In this document: positions 40,608-50,268 of the stretch, piece by piece
How positions within the stretch are numbered: the stretch's first letter is position 1
Layout: each line of letters opens with the position of its first letter
Source: Promethearchaeota archaeon
GTDB taxonomy: Archaea > Asgardarchaeota > Lokiarchaeia > Sigyniarchaeales > SOKP01
NCBI GenBank assembly: GCA_030603385.1
Contig: JAUVXW010000001.1
Coordinates: 224,001-288,000 of the forward strand
DNA length: 64,000 nucleotides
Direction of reading: 5' to 3'
Translations under genes and position numbers: made by a program
Notes under the pieces: model-generated
What the model saw: only the letters and a program-made list of their open reading frames with translations
Told to the model about the DNA's origin: nothing
Databases searched by the model: none

Positions 40608-43037
40608 ATGGTAGTTCAAAATGTAAAAATGACACCTCTTCAAGGGATTCCTACAGAGAGGGTTCGAAAAATTAAGGACAAAATGTTGTCACAACCCTTC
40701 GAATATGATCTTAAACGAGCACGATGCTATACAAGAATTTGGAAACAAATGGAAAATTCTCATCCATATATAAAAAAAGCCAAAGCATTAGAAGAATTCT
40801 TACGTTGTCTTCCTATAAGGATTGATGACGATGAGCTTCTTGTAGGAGTAAAATCTAGTAAAATAAGAGCTGATCCTTTCGAAATAGAACTTGGAAGGCA
40901 TGTTCGGACCTATGATTTTCTCTTAAATGATTCAATAGACGAAAAAGCTAAAGAGTATTTCCGTAGACATAATCCTATCCTTAGGCGTTATGTCCCTTTT
41001 TCAGAACAAGAGCTTAACGAGCTGAAAAATGATATTATCCCCGTTTGGAAAGGAAAAACATTAGCTGACCGAAAGAGAGAGCTCTGGAGGGAAGCAGGCT
41101 TACTTAAGGAGAAAAAGGGATCTATAGAAAGAGCTATGAGTTGGATCAATCCATTTTATGCGGAAATGCAAGGCCATACCATTCCAGGTTATAGACGAGT
41201 TCTTAAAATAGGATTTAAGGGAATAGAAAAGAGAGCGACAGAAGAACTTGAGAAACTTAAAGATACTGATGAAGATTACGAAAATCGCAGAATCTTTTAT
41301 GAAGCAGTTCAGGTGTGTGCAAGAGCTGTTTGTGATTATTCTAATCGTTACGCAGATCTAGCGATTAAAATGGCAGAAAACGCATCAGAACATAGAAAAG
41401 CAGAACTTTTAGATATTGCTGAACGAGCAAGGCGAGTACCAGCCCTCCCACCAAGAACCTTCATGGAAGCACTTCAATCGGTATGGATGACCAATGTCGT
41501 TATGGAAATGAGCTATGGTGAGGGCAATATTTTTTCTCAAGGACGCGTAGACCAATATCTTTACCCATATTATGTCGCTGATTTAGCCGAAGGACATATT
41601 ACTTATGAGGAAGCTCTAGAAGCAATTGAGGAATATTTAGTTAAACTTGCTTCTGTTGTTATCGCAGGACAAAATAATATAACTATTGGGGGATTAGATA
41701 AAGATGGAAATGATGCTACGAACGATGTGTCATACATGTTTCTCGAGGCTATTGCAAATGTAAAAAGTCTGTTGAATACATTATCGATACGAATCTCTTC
41801 CAAAACGCCCCGAGATTTTTTAAAAAGAGTAATTGAAACGTATCGATTTACAGCAGGAATGGGGATTCATAATGATGAAATATTAGTACCACAACTTCAA
41901 AAAGATGGGTATTCATTAGAAGATGCCCGTGACTATTCACTTGTGGGGTGTGTGGAACCCCATGGTACTGGTAATGATTTTTCCTATACAGCAGGCAATG
42001 GTGTTCGGTTATCAATTGTTTTACATTTGGCTCTAAATGAAGGACGGATTCTCGTGGCAGGAAATCGTCAATTTGGTGCAAAAACTCCTGATCCAAGTAC
42101 TTTTAAAACTTTTGAAGATGTGAAGCAGGCTTTTGTAGATCAGTTTTCATTTGGAGTAGACTTAGTTGTGAAAAAGGCAGAATTAAAAGATCGAGCCTTT
42201 GCAGAAGGTTTTCCTTCCCCATTACTTTCATCTACAATAGAGGGATGTCTAGAGAGTGGAAAAGATGTAACTCGAAATGGAGCGCGCTATAATAATAATC
42301 CGATAGGTTGCCAAGCATTAGCAACTGTAACTAATTCACTAGCAGCAATTCGCTGGGCAGTATTCGAAGAAAAATTATTGACAATGGGAGAATTAGCTAC
42401 GCATCTCCGTAATAATTTCAAGGGAGCAGATAAACTTAAGGAACTATTAAGAAACAAGGCTCCCAAATATGGTAATGGTGATGAAAGGGTAGACGAACTA
42501 GCAAAATGGGTGGCGAATACTTTATGTGATATTGTGAGAAAACATCCTGCTAGAGATGGTGCCGGTATATATCGCCCATGCCTTGTATCTTCTGGACTTA
42601 ATATTCTTGAAGGTAGAATGTTAGGGGCAACTCCCGATGGAAGATTATCTGGTGAAGCTGTATCTAATGGTATATCTCCCGCAAACGGCACAGAGAAAAA
42701 TGGTCTTACCATGACACTTCGATCAGTAGCTTTCGCAACAAAAAACGCTCTTCTAACCGATGGTGCAACAATGAACATAAGAATCAATCCCAGTTTAATA
42801 GAAACAGATGAGGGTGTAGATAAATTAACTTCTATTGTTGAAGCTTATTTAGAATTAGGAGGAAGAGAGCTTCAGATTAATCCAATAAGTTCAGAAACAT
42901 TGAGGGACGCGCAAGTTCATCCAGAAAAATATCCTGACTTGTCGGTTAAGGTCACAGGTTATTCTGCTCGTTTCATAGAAGTGGGAAGAAGTCTCCAGAA
43001 TGACATCATCGCCCGAACGGTATTCAATGAATTATAA
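40608..43037 (+). CDS. glycyl radical enzyme (PFL superfamily), copy 1
   Basis: GRVDQYLYPYY, Cys loop GCVEP, GATPDGR and Gly loop VKVTGYSARF. Confidence 0.93.
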   Translation: MVVQNVKMTPLQGIPTERVRKIKDKMLSQPFEYDLKRARCYTRIWKQMENSHPYIKKAKALEEFLRCLPIRIDDDELLVGVKSSKIRADPFEIELGRHVRTYDFLLNDSIDEKAKEYFRRHNPILRRYVPFSEQELNELKNDIIPVWKGKTLADRKRELWREAGLLKEKKGSIERAMSWINPFYAEMQGHTIPGYRRVLKIGFKGIEKRATEELEKLKDTDEDYENRRIFYEAVQVCARAVCDYSNRYADLAIKMAENASEHRKAELLDIAERARRVPALPPRTFMEALQSVWMTNVVMEMSYGEGNIFSQGRVDQYLYPYYVADLAEGHITYEEALEAIEEYLVKLASVVIAGQNNITIGGLDKDGNDATNDVSYMFLEAIANVKSLLNTLSIRISSKTPRDFLKRVIETYRFTAGMGIHNDEILVPQLQKDGYSLEDARDYSLVGCVEPHGTGNDFSYTAGNGVRLSIVLHLALNEGRILVAGNRQFGAKTPDPSTFKTFEDVKQAFVDQFSFGVDLVVKKAELKDRAFAEGFPSPLLSSTIEGCLESGKDVTRNGARYNNNPIGCQALATVTNSLAAIRWAVFEEKLLTMGELATHLRNNFKGADKLKELLRNKAPKYGNGDERVDELAKWVANTLCDIVRKHPARDGAGIYRPCLVSSGLNILEGRMLGATPDGRLSGEAVSNGISPANGTEKNGLTMTLRSVAFATKNALLTDGATMNIRINPSLIETDEGVDKLTSIVEAYLELGGRELQINPISSETLRDAQVHPEKYPDLSVKVTGYSARFIEVGRSLQNDIIARTVFNEL

Positions 43038-43122
43038 AACTCAGAGAATTATTTATGGCATTATAAAGAAGAATAGCCAATAAGAATGTTTCAAAAACTT
43101 TTAAATATTTTATTATCATAAA

Positions 43123-43143
43123 TAAATTTACAAAGTAAATTTA
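43123..43143. promoter_or_regulatory. palindromic operator candidate TAAATTTAC-AAA-GTAAATTTA upstream of GRE2
   Basis: Perfect 9-bp arms, 27 nt before the ATG. Confidence 0.7.
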
Positions 43144-43170
43144 ATTAGTAACAAAAACAATATTCAAATT

Positions 43171-45621
43171 ATGGTAGTTCAAAATTTAAAAATGTCACCT
43201 CTTCAAGGAATTCCTTCAGAGAGGGTTCGAAAAATTAGAGATAGAATGCTATCTTGCCCTAGAGAACTTGATATTGAACGCGCACGATGTTACACAAGAA
43301 TATATAAACAAATGGAAGACTCTCCTCCGTGTATGAAGAATGTTAAAGCATTAGAAGAATTCTTACATTGTCTTCCTATTAGGATTGATGAAGATGAGTT
43401 TCTTGTAGGAGTAAAATCTAGTAAAATACGAGCTGATCCTATCGAAATAGAACGTGGAATGCGTGCCAATATTTTTGGGTTTATCCTTAATGATTCTATA
43501 GATAAAAAAATAAGAGATATGTTCAGCAAGAATTTTACTTTTATTAATCGATATGTTCCCTTAACAGAGCAAGAACTTGATGAGTTGAAAAATGAAATTG
43601 TCCCCTTCTGGAAAGAAAGAACAGTAATGGCCCGTAAAATAGAATATTGGAAAAAAGCAGGTTTAACTGAGGAATCAAAGGGTTCTATGGATATTGCAAG
43701 TGCTTTTGGGGTTTCTAGAGGTGGTACTGATTTATTTGGATCTGCTGTGGGTCAAGGACATGTCGTTCCGGGATATAGACGAGTTCTTAAAATGGGATTT
43801 AGAGGAATCGAAAAGATGGCCGAAGAAGGACTTGCGAAACTCAAGGAGACAGATGAAAATTATGACCATCGCAAGGATTTCTATGAATCAGTTGTGTTGG
43901 CAGCAAGAGCGGTTTGTGATTATTCCAATCGCTATGCTGATCTCGCAATGGAAATGGCGGAAAAGGCACCAGAAACAGGAAAGGCTGAACTTTTAGAAAT
44001 TGCTGAACGTGTAAGACGAGTACCAGCCCTCCCACCAAGAACATTTATGGAAGCACTTCAATCAATATGGATGACTAATGTCGTTATGGAAATGAGCTAT
44101 GGTGAAGGAAACATATTTTCTCAAGGACGAGTAGACCAATATCTTTACCCATATTATGCCGCTGATTTAGCCGAAGGACGTATTACTTATGAAGAAGCCT
44201 TGGAAGCAATTGAGGAATATTTAGTTAAACTTGCTTCTGTTGTTATCGCAGGACAGAACAATGTGACTATTGGGGGATTAGATAAGGATGGAAATGATGC
44301 CACTAATGATGTGTCTTATATGTTTCTTGAAGCTATTGCAAATGTAAAAAGTCTATTAAACACGTTATCGATACGAATTTCATCCAAGACACCCCATGAT
44401 TTTGTGAAAAGAACTATTGAAGCTTTTAAATATACCGCTGGAATGGGAATTCATAATGATGAAGTTTTAGTACCACAGCTTCATAATACTGGATATTCAT
44501 TAGTAGATGCCCGAGACTATTCACTCGTAGGGTGTGTAGAACCAACGGGCACAGGGAATGATTTCTCTTATACAGCAGGTAATGCCATTCAGATTTCAAT
44601 CCTTCTTAACATGGCATTAAATGAGGGACGTACAATTTTTTCAGGAAATCGAACTGTTGGAGCAAAGACACCCCCTCCCAGTTCTTTTAAAACTTTTGAA
44701 GATGTGAAGAAGGCTTATGTAGACCAACTTTCTTTTGCAATAGATCTTACTGTGAAAAAGGCGGAGCTAAAGGATAAAGCATTTGCTGATTATTTACCTT
44801 CCCCGTTGCTTTCATCTACAATAGAAGGATGTCTAGAGAGTGGAATGGATGCAACTCGAAATGGAGCACGCTACAATAATAATCCTATGGGTTCACAAGG
44901 GTTAGCAACCGTTACTAATTCCTTAGCAGCAATTCGCTGGGCAGTCTTTGAAGAAAAATTATTGACAATGGAAGAATTGGTTAACCATATGAGTAATAAT
45001 TTCAAGGGGGCAGAAGAACTTCGAGAAAAATTACGAAATAAGGCCCCCAAATATGGTAATGGTGATGAAAGGACAGACGAACTTGCACAATGGGTTGCAA
45101 CTACCCTATGTGATCTTACAAGAAAATATAAAGCGAGGGGTGGTGACGGTATATATCATAATTGCCTTGTATCTGCTGGAACTCAGATTAGGGAAGGCAA
45201 AGGGTTAGGGGCAACTGCAGATGGAAGATTAATTGGTGAACCTGTGGCGAACGGTATTTCTCCTGCAAATGGTACAGAAAAGAATGGTCTTACTATGGCA
45301 CTACGATCAGTAGCATATGCAACGGGTGAACCTCATCTAACTAATGGAGCATCAATGAATATAAGAATCAATCCCAGCTTAATACAGAAAGACGAGGGAG
45401 TCGATCAATTAGCTTCTATAGTAGAGGCTTATTTAGAGTTAGGAGGACGAGAGCTTCAGATAAATCCAATAAGTTCAGGGACATTAAGAGACGCACAAGC
45501 TCATCCAGAAAAATATCCTGACTTATCAGTTAAGGTCACAGGCTACTCCGCTCGATTCATAGATATCTCTAAAGAGTTACAAGATGATATTATCGATAGA
45601 ACCGTTTTCAGTGAATTATAA
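43171..45621 (+). CDS. glycyl radical enzyme (PFL superfamily), copy 2
   Basis: Same motifs as copy 1: GCVEP, GATADGR and VKVTGYSARF. Confidence 0.93.
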   Translation: MVVQNLKMSPLQGIPSERVRKIRDRMLSCPRELDIERARCYTRIYKQMEDSPPCMKNVKALEEFLHCLPIRIDEDEFLVGVKSSKIRADPIEIERGMRANIFGFILNDSIDKKIRDMFSKNFTFINRYVPLTEQELDELKNEIVPFWKERTVMARKIEYWKKAGLTEESKGSMDIASAFGVSRGGTDLFGSAVGQGHVVPGYRRVLKMGFRGIEKMAEEGLAKLKETDENYDHRKDFYESVVLAARAVCDYSNRYADLAMEMAEKAPETGKAELLEIAERVRRVPALPPRTFMEALQSIWMTNVVMEMSYGEGNIFSQGRVDQYLYPYYAADLAEGRITYEEALEAIEEYLVKLASVVIAGQNNVTIGGLDKDGNDATNDVSYMFLEAIANVKSLLNTLSIRISSKTPHDFVKRTIEAFKYTAGMGIHNDEVLVPQLHNTGYSLVDARDYSLVGCVEPTGTGNDFSYTAGNAIQISILLNMALNEGRTIFSGNRTVGAKTPPPSSFKTFEDVKKAYVDQLSFAIDLTVKKAELKDKAFADYLPSPLLSSTIEGCLESGMDATRNGARYNNNPMGSQGLATVTNSLAAIRWAVFEEKLLTMEELVNHMSNNFKGAEELREKLRNKAPKYGNGDERTDELAQWVATTLCDLTRKYKARGGDGIYHNCLVSAGTQIREGKGLGATADGRLIGEPVANGISPANGTEKNGLTMALRSVAYATGEPHLTNGASMNIRINPSLIQKDEGVDQLASIVEAYLELGGRELQINPISSGTLRDAQAHPEKYPDLSVKVTGYSARFIDISKELQDDIIDRTVFSEL

Positions 45622-45918
45622 ACTGTACTTTAAATTTAATACTTAAAATTTTCTTTTTATTTTTTGAATTCAGATAATTTTCAATATTAGAGATGAGATG
45701 TTGTCTGCAGAGGAAATACTATAAAACTTTAGACTGCTATAAGACATTTAATGATCGTTGAACATTTAAATATTAATATCAATTTTTATGAACTCTATGT
45801 ATTTATCTTTCAATTTTTTACTGGAATTTTGGAACTTGATGAATATTTGCATGGTAGATATTGTATAGCTAAAAATTATTAAAATAAAAAATTATAACTA
45901 AATGAAAAAAAAAAGTGT

Positions 45919-47949
45919 ATTATTATAAAAGCAAATGAGTCAACTGAATCAAGTGATCCTCTTTTCAACGAGCCATATATAGATATTGATGAGTGGTGGG
46001 ACGAGCCCGTACGCCATCGATACGTCCATGGCGGTTTTAAAGGCACCGATGCCAGATTTTCTTTCTATTTCCCTCCGAAGGAACAATACGAAGGTAGATT
46101 CTTCCAGTATATCATGGCGATATCAGGTAACGAGAAGGCTGCACAATCGCCAGAATATCCTGATCCCAGCTATGCGTTAGGTTTTGTCTTCGAGAGTGGT
46201 GCTTATTTTCTGGAATCAAACCTGGGGAGAAAGGACATGTTTCCTGGCGATGATCCTACCATCGCTGGGTATCGAACAAGTGCGGCAGTAGCGAAGTACT
46301 CGCGCGTTTTGGCCTCTGAAATGTATGGTCCCCATCGCCCCTATGGTTATGCATGGGGCGGTAGTGGGGGAGGATATAAGACCATTAGCTGTATTGAAAA
46401 CACAGAGGGTGTTTGGGACGGTGTGGTGCCATTTATTCACGCAACACCAATGGCCATGATCAATGTATTCTCTGTGCAGGCCCATGCGATGCGCATATTG
46501 AAAGATAAAATACCCTCCATCGTCGATGCGGTAGAGCCTGGTGGTAGCGGAGACATGTACGCTGATTTAAATGAAGAGGAACGAGAAGCACTTACCGAAG
46601 TGACTAAGATGGGATTTCCACCAAGAGCTTGGTTCAATTACAGGAGGATAGCGTTCGGCTACACCGGAGTCTTAACCACCCTCCTTGACATAGTGATTAA
46701 ATGGGATCCAACATATTTTGAAGATTTTTGGAAGGTTCCGGGCTACCTTGGTGCGGACCCACCCGAGTCACTCCTGCGCGCCCGGATCCAACATGAAACA
46801 ACAATTAACAAACTTATAATGCCCGAAGATATCAGGAAAATGGGTCAATCACTGTCAATATCTGCCGGGCAAGCGGGTAACATAACAGTCCCAGCAGGAT
46901 TAGTATTCGAAAGCGTGCCTGAGGGTGAAATACAGGGAGCATCATTGTTTTTAAAAAGTGGTGAAGCAGAGGGTCGAGTTGCTTATGCTATTGCAGCCTT
47001 CGGTAATACGGTAATGCTTGCCTATGGTGAGGAAAACTATCCATATCTAGCAGGTATCAAGGTGGGTGACAAAGTGCTGATTGACAATTCTAACTATCTC
47101 GCTGCTCAAACCTATCATCGCCATCAGGTACCATCACCTGAATATAAGGTTTGGGATCAGTTCCGAGACGCCGATGGTAAACCGTTGTATCCCCAACGAC
47201 CCGAGATATTAGGTCCGCGTCATGCCTATCATGGCGCAGGTTCGGTCCAGACTGGTAAATTTAAGGGTAAGATGATTGTGGTAAATACGTTGATGGACGA
47301 AGTTGCCTATCCTTGGCAGGCTGATTGGTATCGCTCGAAGGTAAAAGAGGCATTGGGAGACAAATTCGACGACAACTACCGGCTCTGGTATATTGACCAA
47401 GCAATGCATACGCCACCTGTGATCACACCGTTTGAATCCCGTCCAGCAATAACCACCCGAATTATCAACTATGGTGGTATTTTGCAGCAGGCACTACGGG
47501 ATGTGAGTGCATGGGCTGAAAAAGGCATTGCACCCCCAGCAAGTACTACATATGAAGTGGGGGATGGCCAAGTGGAAGTGCCACCGACCGCTAAGGAGCG
47601 TAAGGGAATTCAACCAGTGGTCACTCTTACAGTAAATGGAGGTGAGCGTGTAGATGTCAATGTCGGGAAGAAAGTTAAGTTTACCGCGGTTATCGATACA
47701 CCACCGGATGTCGGTTCGGTAGTTGGTGCGGAATGGGATTTTGAGGGCGTTGGTGACTATCCAATAACCGAGAAACTTAAAGACACCAAAAGCACTCATG
47801 TAGAGGTGAAAACCACTTATACTTTCTCCGAACCTGGCACTTACTTCCCGACAATTCGTGTAACCTCGCATAGACAGAGCGATCCTAAAACTCGCTATGC
47901 AAGAATCCAGAACATCGGTCGTGTGAGGGTTGTGGTTACTGTTCAATGA
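45919..47949 (+). CDS. tannase/feruloyl-esterase-like alpha/beta hydrolase with C-terminal PKD-like domain; start upstream of the track ORF
   Basis: WGGSGGG nucleophile elbow; frame open upstream of 46114 with DPLFNEPYIDIDEW..PVRHRYVHGGFKGTDARFSFYFP; C-terminal EWDFEG...YTFSEPGTYFP; start codon uncertain. Confidence 0.7.
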   Translation: MIIKANESTESSDPLFNEPYIDIDEWWDEPVRHRYVHGGFKGTDARFSFYFPPKEQYEGRFFQYIMAISGNEKAAQSPEYPDPSYALGFVFESGAYFLESNLGRKDMFPGDDPTIAGYRTSAAVAKYSRVLASEMYGPHRPYGYAWGGSGGGYKTISCIENTEGVWDGVVPFIHATPMAMINVFSVQAHAMRILKDKIPSIVDAVEPGGSGDMYADLNEEEREALTEVTKMGFPPRAWFNYRRIAFGYTGVLTTLLDIVIKWDPTYFEDFWKVPGYLGADPPESLLRARIQHETTINKLIMPEDIRKMGQSLSISAGQAGNITVPAGLVFESVPEGEIQGASLFLKSGEAEGRVAYAIAAFGNTVMLAYGEENYPYLAGIKVGDKVLIDNSNYLAAQTYHRHQVPSPEYKVWDQFRDADGKPLYPQRPEILGPRHAYHGAGSVQTGKFKGKMIVVNTLMDEVAYPWQADWYRSKVKEALGDKFDDNYRLWYIDQAMHTPPVITPFESRPAITTRIINYGGILQQALRDVSAWAEKGIAPPASTTYEVGDGQVEVPPTAKERKGIQPVVTLTVNGGERVDVNVGKKVKFTAVIDTPPDVGSVVGAEWDFEGVGDYPITEKLKDTKSTHVEVKTTYTFSEPGTYFPTIRVTSHRQSDPKTRYARIQNIGRVRVVVTVQ

Positions 47950-48154
47950 ATTATAAACTTTATTTAAACTTTAAATATTAACATATCTTTCTTTTTATTT
48001 TTTGAATTTTATTTTCCCTTCTTAACTAAAATCTTTAAAAACTCACAATTATATCCTTGTTTACAATATGATATGAAATTGATATTTTTGTATAAAAATT
48101 AAGAAAAAGAGTATTTTGTTATTTAGGTTAATGTACAGAAATTGTTTTTTGCAC

Positions 48155-49102
48155 CTAACGAGTTAAACCCGACCACTTAACGTTTTTAACTCCAGTACTT
48201 TTAGCAATTTTAAAAAAATTTTCCATCTCCTCTTTTGTCATTAATGGTTCATCTTTTAAAGGCCATGACATACCTAATCTTGAATATTTAATTTCGCAAA
48301 GTTTATTAAAACTTAATAGATCCCATTGATCAGGAATATTATTTAATTCATTTACAATAAATTCTCCAATTCCTTTAACATTCTCCTTTGTGGCAGTATG
48401 GTTAGGTATTATTGGTGTCCTTATCCACATTATTTTCCCATTTTCTTTGATATATCGTGAAATCCATTTAGCATTTTCTAAAATTGTTTTATTTGAAACA
48501 CCTGTATATTCTTCATGTTTTTTAGGATCAATAACCTTTATATCTAAAAGGACTATATCAAGGTAGGGTAATAAATCTTGATAAATCTTTTTACTTGAAT
48601 ACCCACATGTATCTAAAGCAGTAGAAATGTCATTTTCCTTACATAATTTTAAAAATTGTAAGAGAAAATTTGGTTGTAATGTAGGTTCCCCACCAGAAAC
48701 GGTTATACCTCCTTTTGTTTTATTAAAAAATATTTTTTCTTTCTCTATTTCGTGAAAAAGAACCTCCAAATCCCACCACTTCCCGAACATAGTTAATGCC
48801 GTACTGGGACAGGCTTCTACACAATCTCCACAACTATTACATTTCTCTCTGTTAATATGTAAACCATCTTCTTCAAAAAATAAAGCATCCTCTTGGCAAG
48901 CATCTATACAACTATTGCAACCAATGCATTTACGATCTATCCATTGAAGTTGAGGTTTTTTTGGAATTGATTCTGGATTGTGACACCAAACGCAATTTAA
49001 AGCACAATAATTAAAAAAAATTGTTGTACGGACACCAGGACCATCGTCAGTAGCCACTCTCTCAATTTTGAAGATTAAACCTTTTGATTTTGGCTCTACA
49101 AT
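48155..49102 (-). CDS. glycyl-radical enzyme activating enzyme (radical SAM with 2x[4Fe-4S] insert)
   Basis: GLIFKIERVATDDGPGVRTT, CALNCVWCHNPE, two ferredoxin motifs, GGITVSGGEP and DTCG; extended 15 codons to an ATT. Confidence 0.9.
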   Translation of the reverse strand: MVEPKSKGLIFKIERVATDDGPGVRTTIFFNYCALNCVWCHNPESIPKKPQLQWIDRKCIGCNSCIDACQEDALFFEEDGLHINREKCNSCGDCVEACPSTALTMFGKWWDLEVLFHEIEKEKIFFNKTKGGITVSGGEPTLQPNFLLQFLKLCKENDISTALDTCGYSSKKIYQDLLPYLDIVLLDIKVIDPKKHEEYTGVSNKTILENAKWISRYIKENGKIMWIRTPIIPNHTATKENVKGIGEFIVNELNNIPDQWDLLSFNKLCEIKYSRLGMSWPLKDEPLMTKEEMENFFKIAKSTGVKNVKWSGLTR

Positions 49103-49213
49103 ACACCACCATATTAACTTCTAAAATTCATTTAACAAAAAAATCCAAAAAGTAATTGAAGATCAAAATATTTTATAACTTATTGTGTAAATTTAAAATC
49201 ATTTTTATGTTCT

Positions 49214-49957
49214 GTGAAATCAATGATTGATGATAAAAGCATTACTCATGGGAAAAAAAAAACGAGAAGTAGATCACCTGAGAAGAAAGCACAACAATTT
49301 GATAAAATATTAGAAGTAGGAAAGCAATTATTTCAAGAACAAGGACGAGATGGCTTTACACTACGCATACTAGGAAAAAAATTAAATATGAGCCAACAAA
49401 ATCTCTATAATTATGTAGAAAGCAAACGAGAACTATGGATTGCAATAAGGAAGAAGTTTTATGAGAAATATAGGGATGAAAATCGGGATATCATTAAGAA
49501 TTTTAGTGGTTCAACCATTGATTTATTATTAAAAATTTTTGAACACTTTTTTGAATTTGCCGGAAAAGATTATGCTGCTTTTCGAATGATGCACATTATC
49601 CGTTCTCCTCCATCAGAAAAAGTGGGGCCATTTGAAAAAGAATATAAACAATTTAGCTTTCTAGACGGAACTACTCGCGTAATTCAAAAAGCAATTGATG
49701 AAGGAGAGATCAAAGAAAAAAATGCTGCTTTACTCTCTTTCTTTTTATTTAGTCTATTATTAGGATCAGCTATGATAGAATACGCCATGCGGGATATTGA
49801 AAAGACTAATGATAAAATAGGAAAGGAAGTAGAGGAACACATACAATTTGGAACTCAGAGTTTCACAAGTAAGGAATTTCGGAAATATACGTTAAGGAAA
49901 ATCCAAAAAGGATTAATTGATCCCAATTTAGTAATAGATGAAACTGAATATAAATAA
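49214..49957 (+). CDS. TetR/AcrR family transcriptional regulator
   Basis: ILEVGKQLF...GFTLRILGKKLNMSQQNLYNYVESKREL HTH. Confidence 0.9.
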   Translation: MKSMIDDKSITHGKKKTRSRSPEKKAQQFDKILEVGKQLFQEQGRDGFTLRILGKKLNMSQQNLYNYVESKRELWIAIRKKFYEKYRDENRDIIKNFSGSTIDLLLKIFEHFFEFAGKDYAAFRMMHIIRSPPSEKVGPFEKEYKQFSFLDGTTRVIQKAIDEGEIKEKNAALLSFFLFSLLLGSAMIEYAMRDIEKTNDKIGKEVEEHIQFGTQSFTSKEFRKYTLRKIQKGLIDPNLVIDETEYK

Positions 49958-50268
49958 GAGCCTAAGTATTATTACTATACCTAAAAATCTTCTTATCAGT
50001 ATAATTTCCTTAAATAAAAACAAGATAGGATTAATAATGGGAGAGCAAATATTAATAAAACTCCCTAATAATGAACTTCGTATTATCTTAAATCGGTCCC
50101 TAAAAAAGAATACTAGACATTGATTTCGATGATAATAATTTAAAAAATATATACCGAGTTTCTATATATTATTTTTTAATAGTTAATACAAGTGTAAGGT
50201 TTTAAAACATCTTAGAAAAACTTTTTTGATCCCCAGAATTAAGATATTTAAAAAGAAAATATTTAAAT

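Larger units (their letters stand above)
29757..50200. other. accessory catabolic island between uvrB/uvrA remnant and intact uvrA (right boundary approximate)
   Basis: Bounded by a truncated uvrA start and an intact uvrA; metabolic and transport cargo within core genes; no integrase or transposase seen. Confidence 0.6.

Noticed and set aside
40608-45621. Calling the GREs pyruvate formate-lyase or CutC
   Set aside because: No CC motif for PFL; CutC-specific residues could not be confirmed without alignment
49950-50130. Minus-strand hydrophobic frame (SLLGSFINICSPIINPILFLFKEIILIRRFLGIVIIL) resembling an EamA/DMT transporter remnant at the island edge
   Set aside because: Similarity is too weak to call by eye in AT-rich DNA; it needs a profile search
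29757-50200. Island as an autonomous mobile element
   Set aside because: No integrase, transposase, tRNA target or exact att repeats were found
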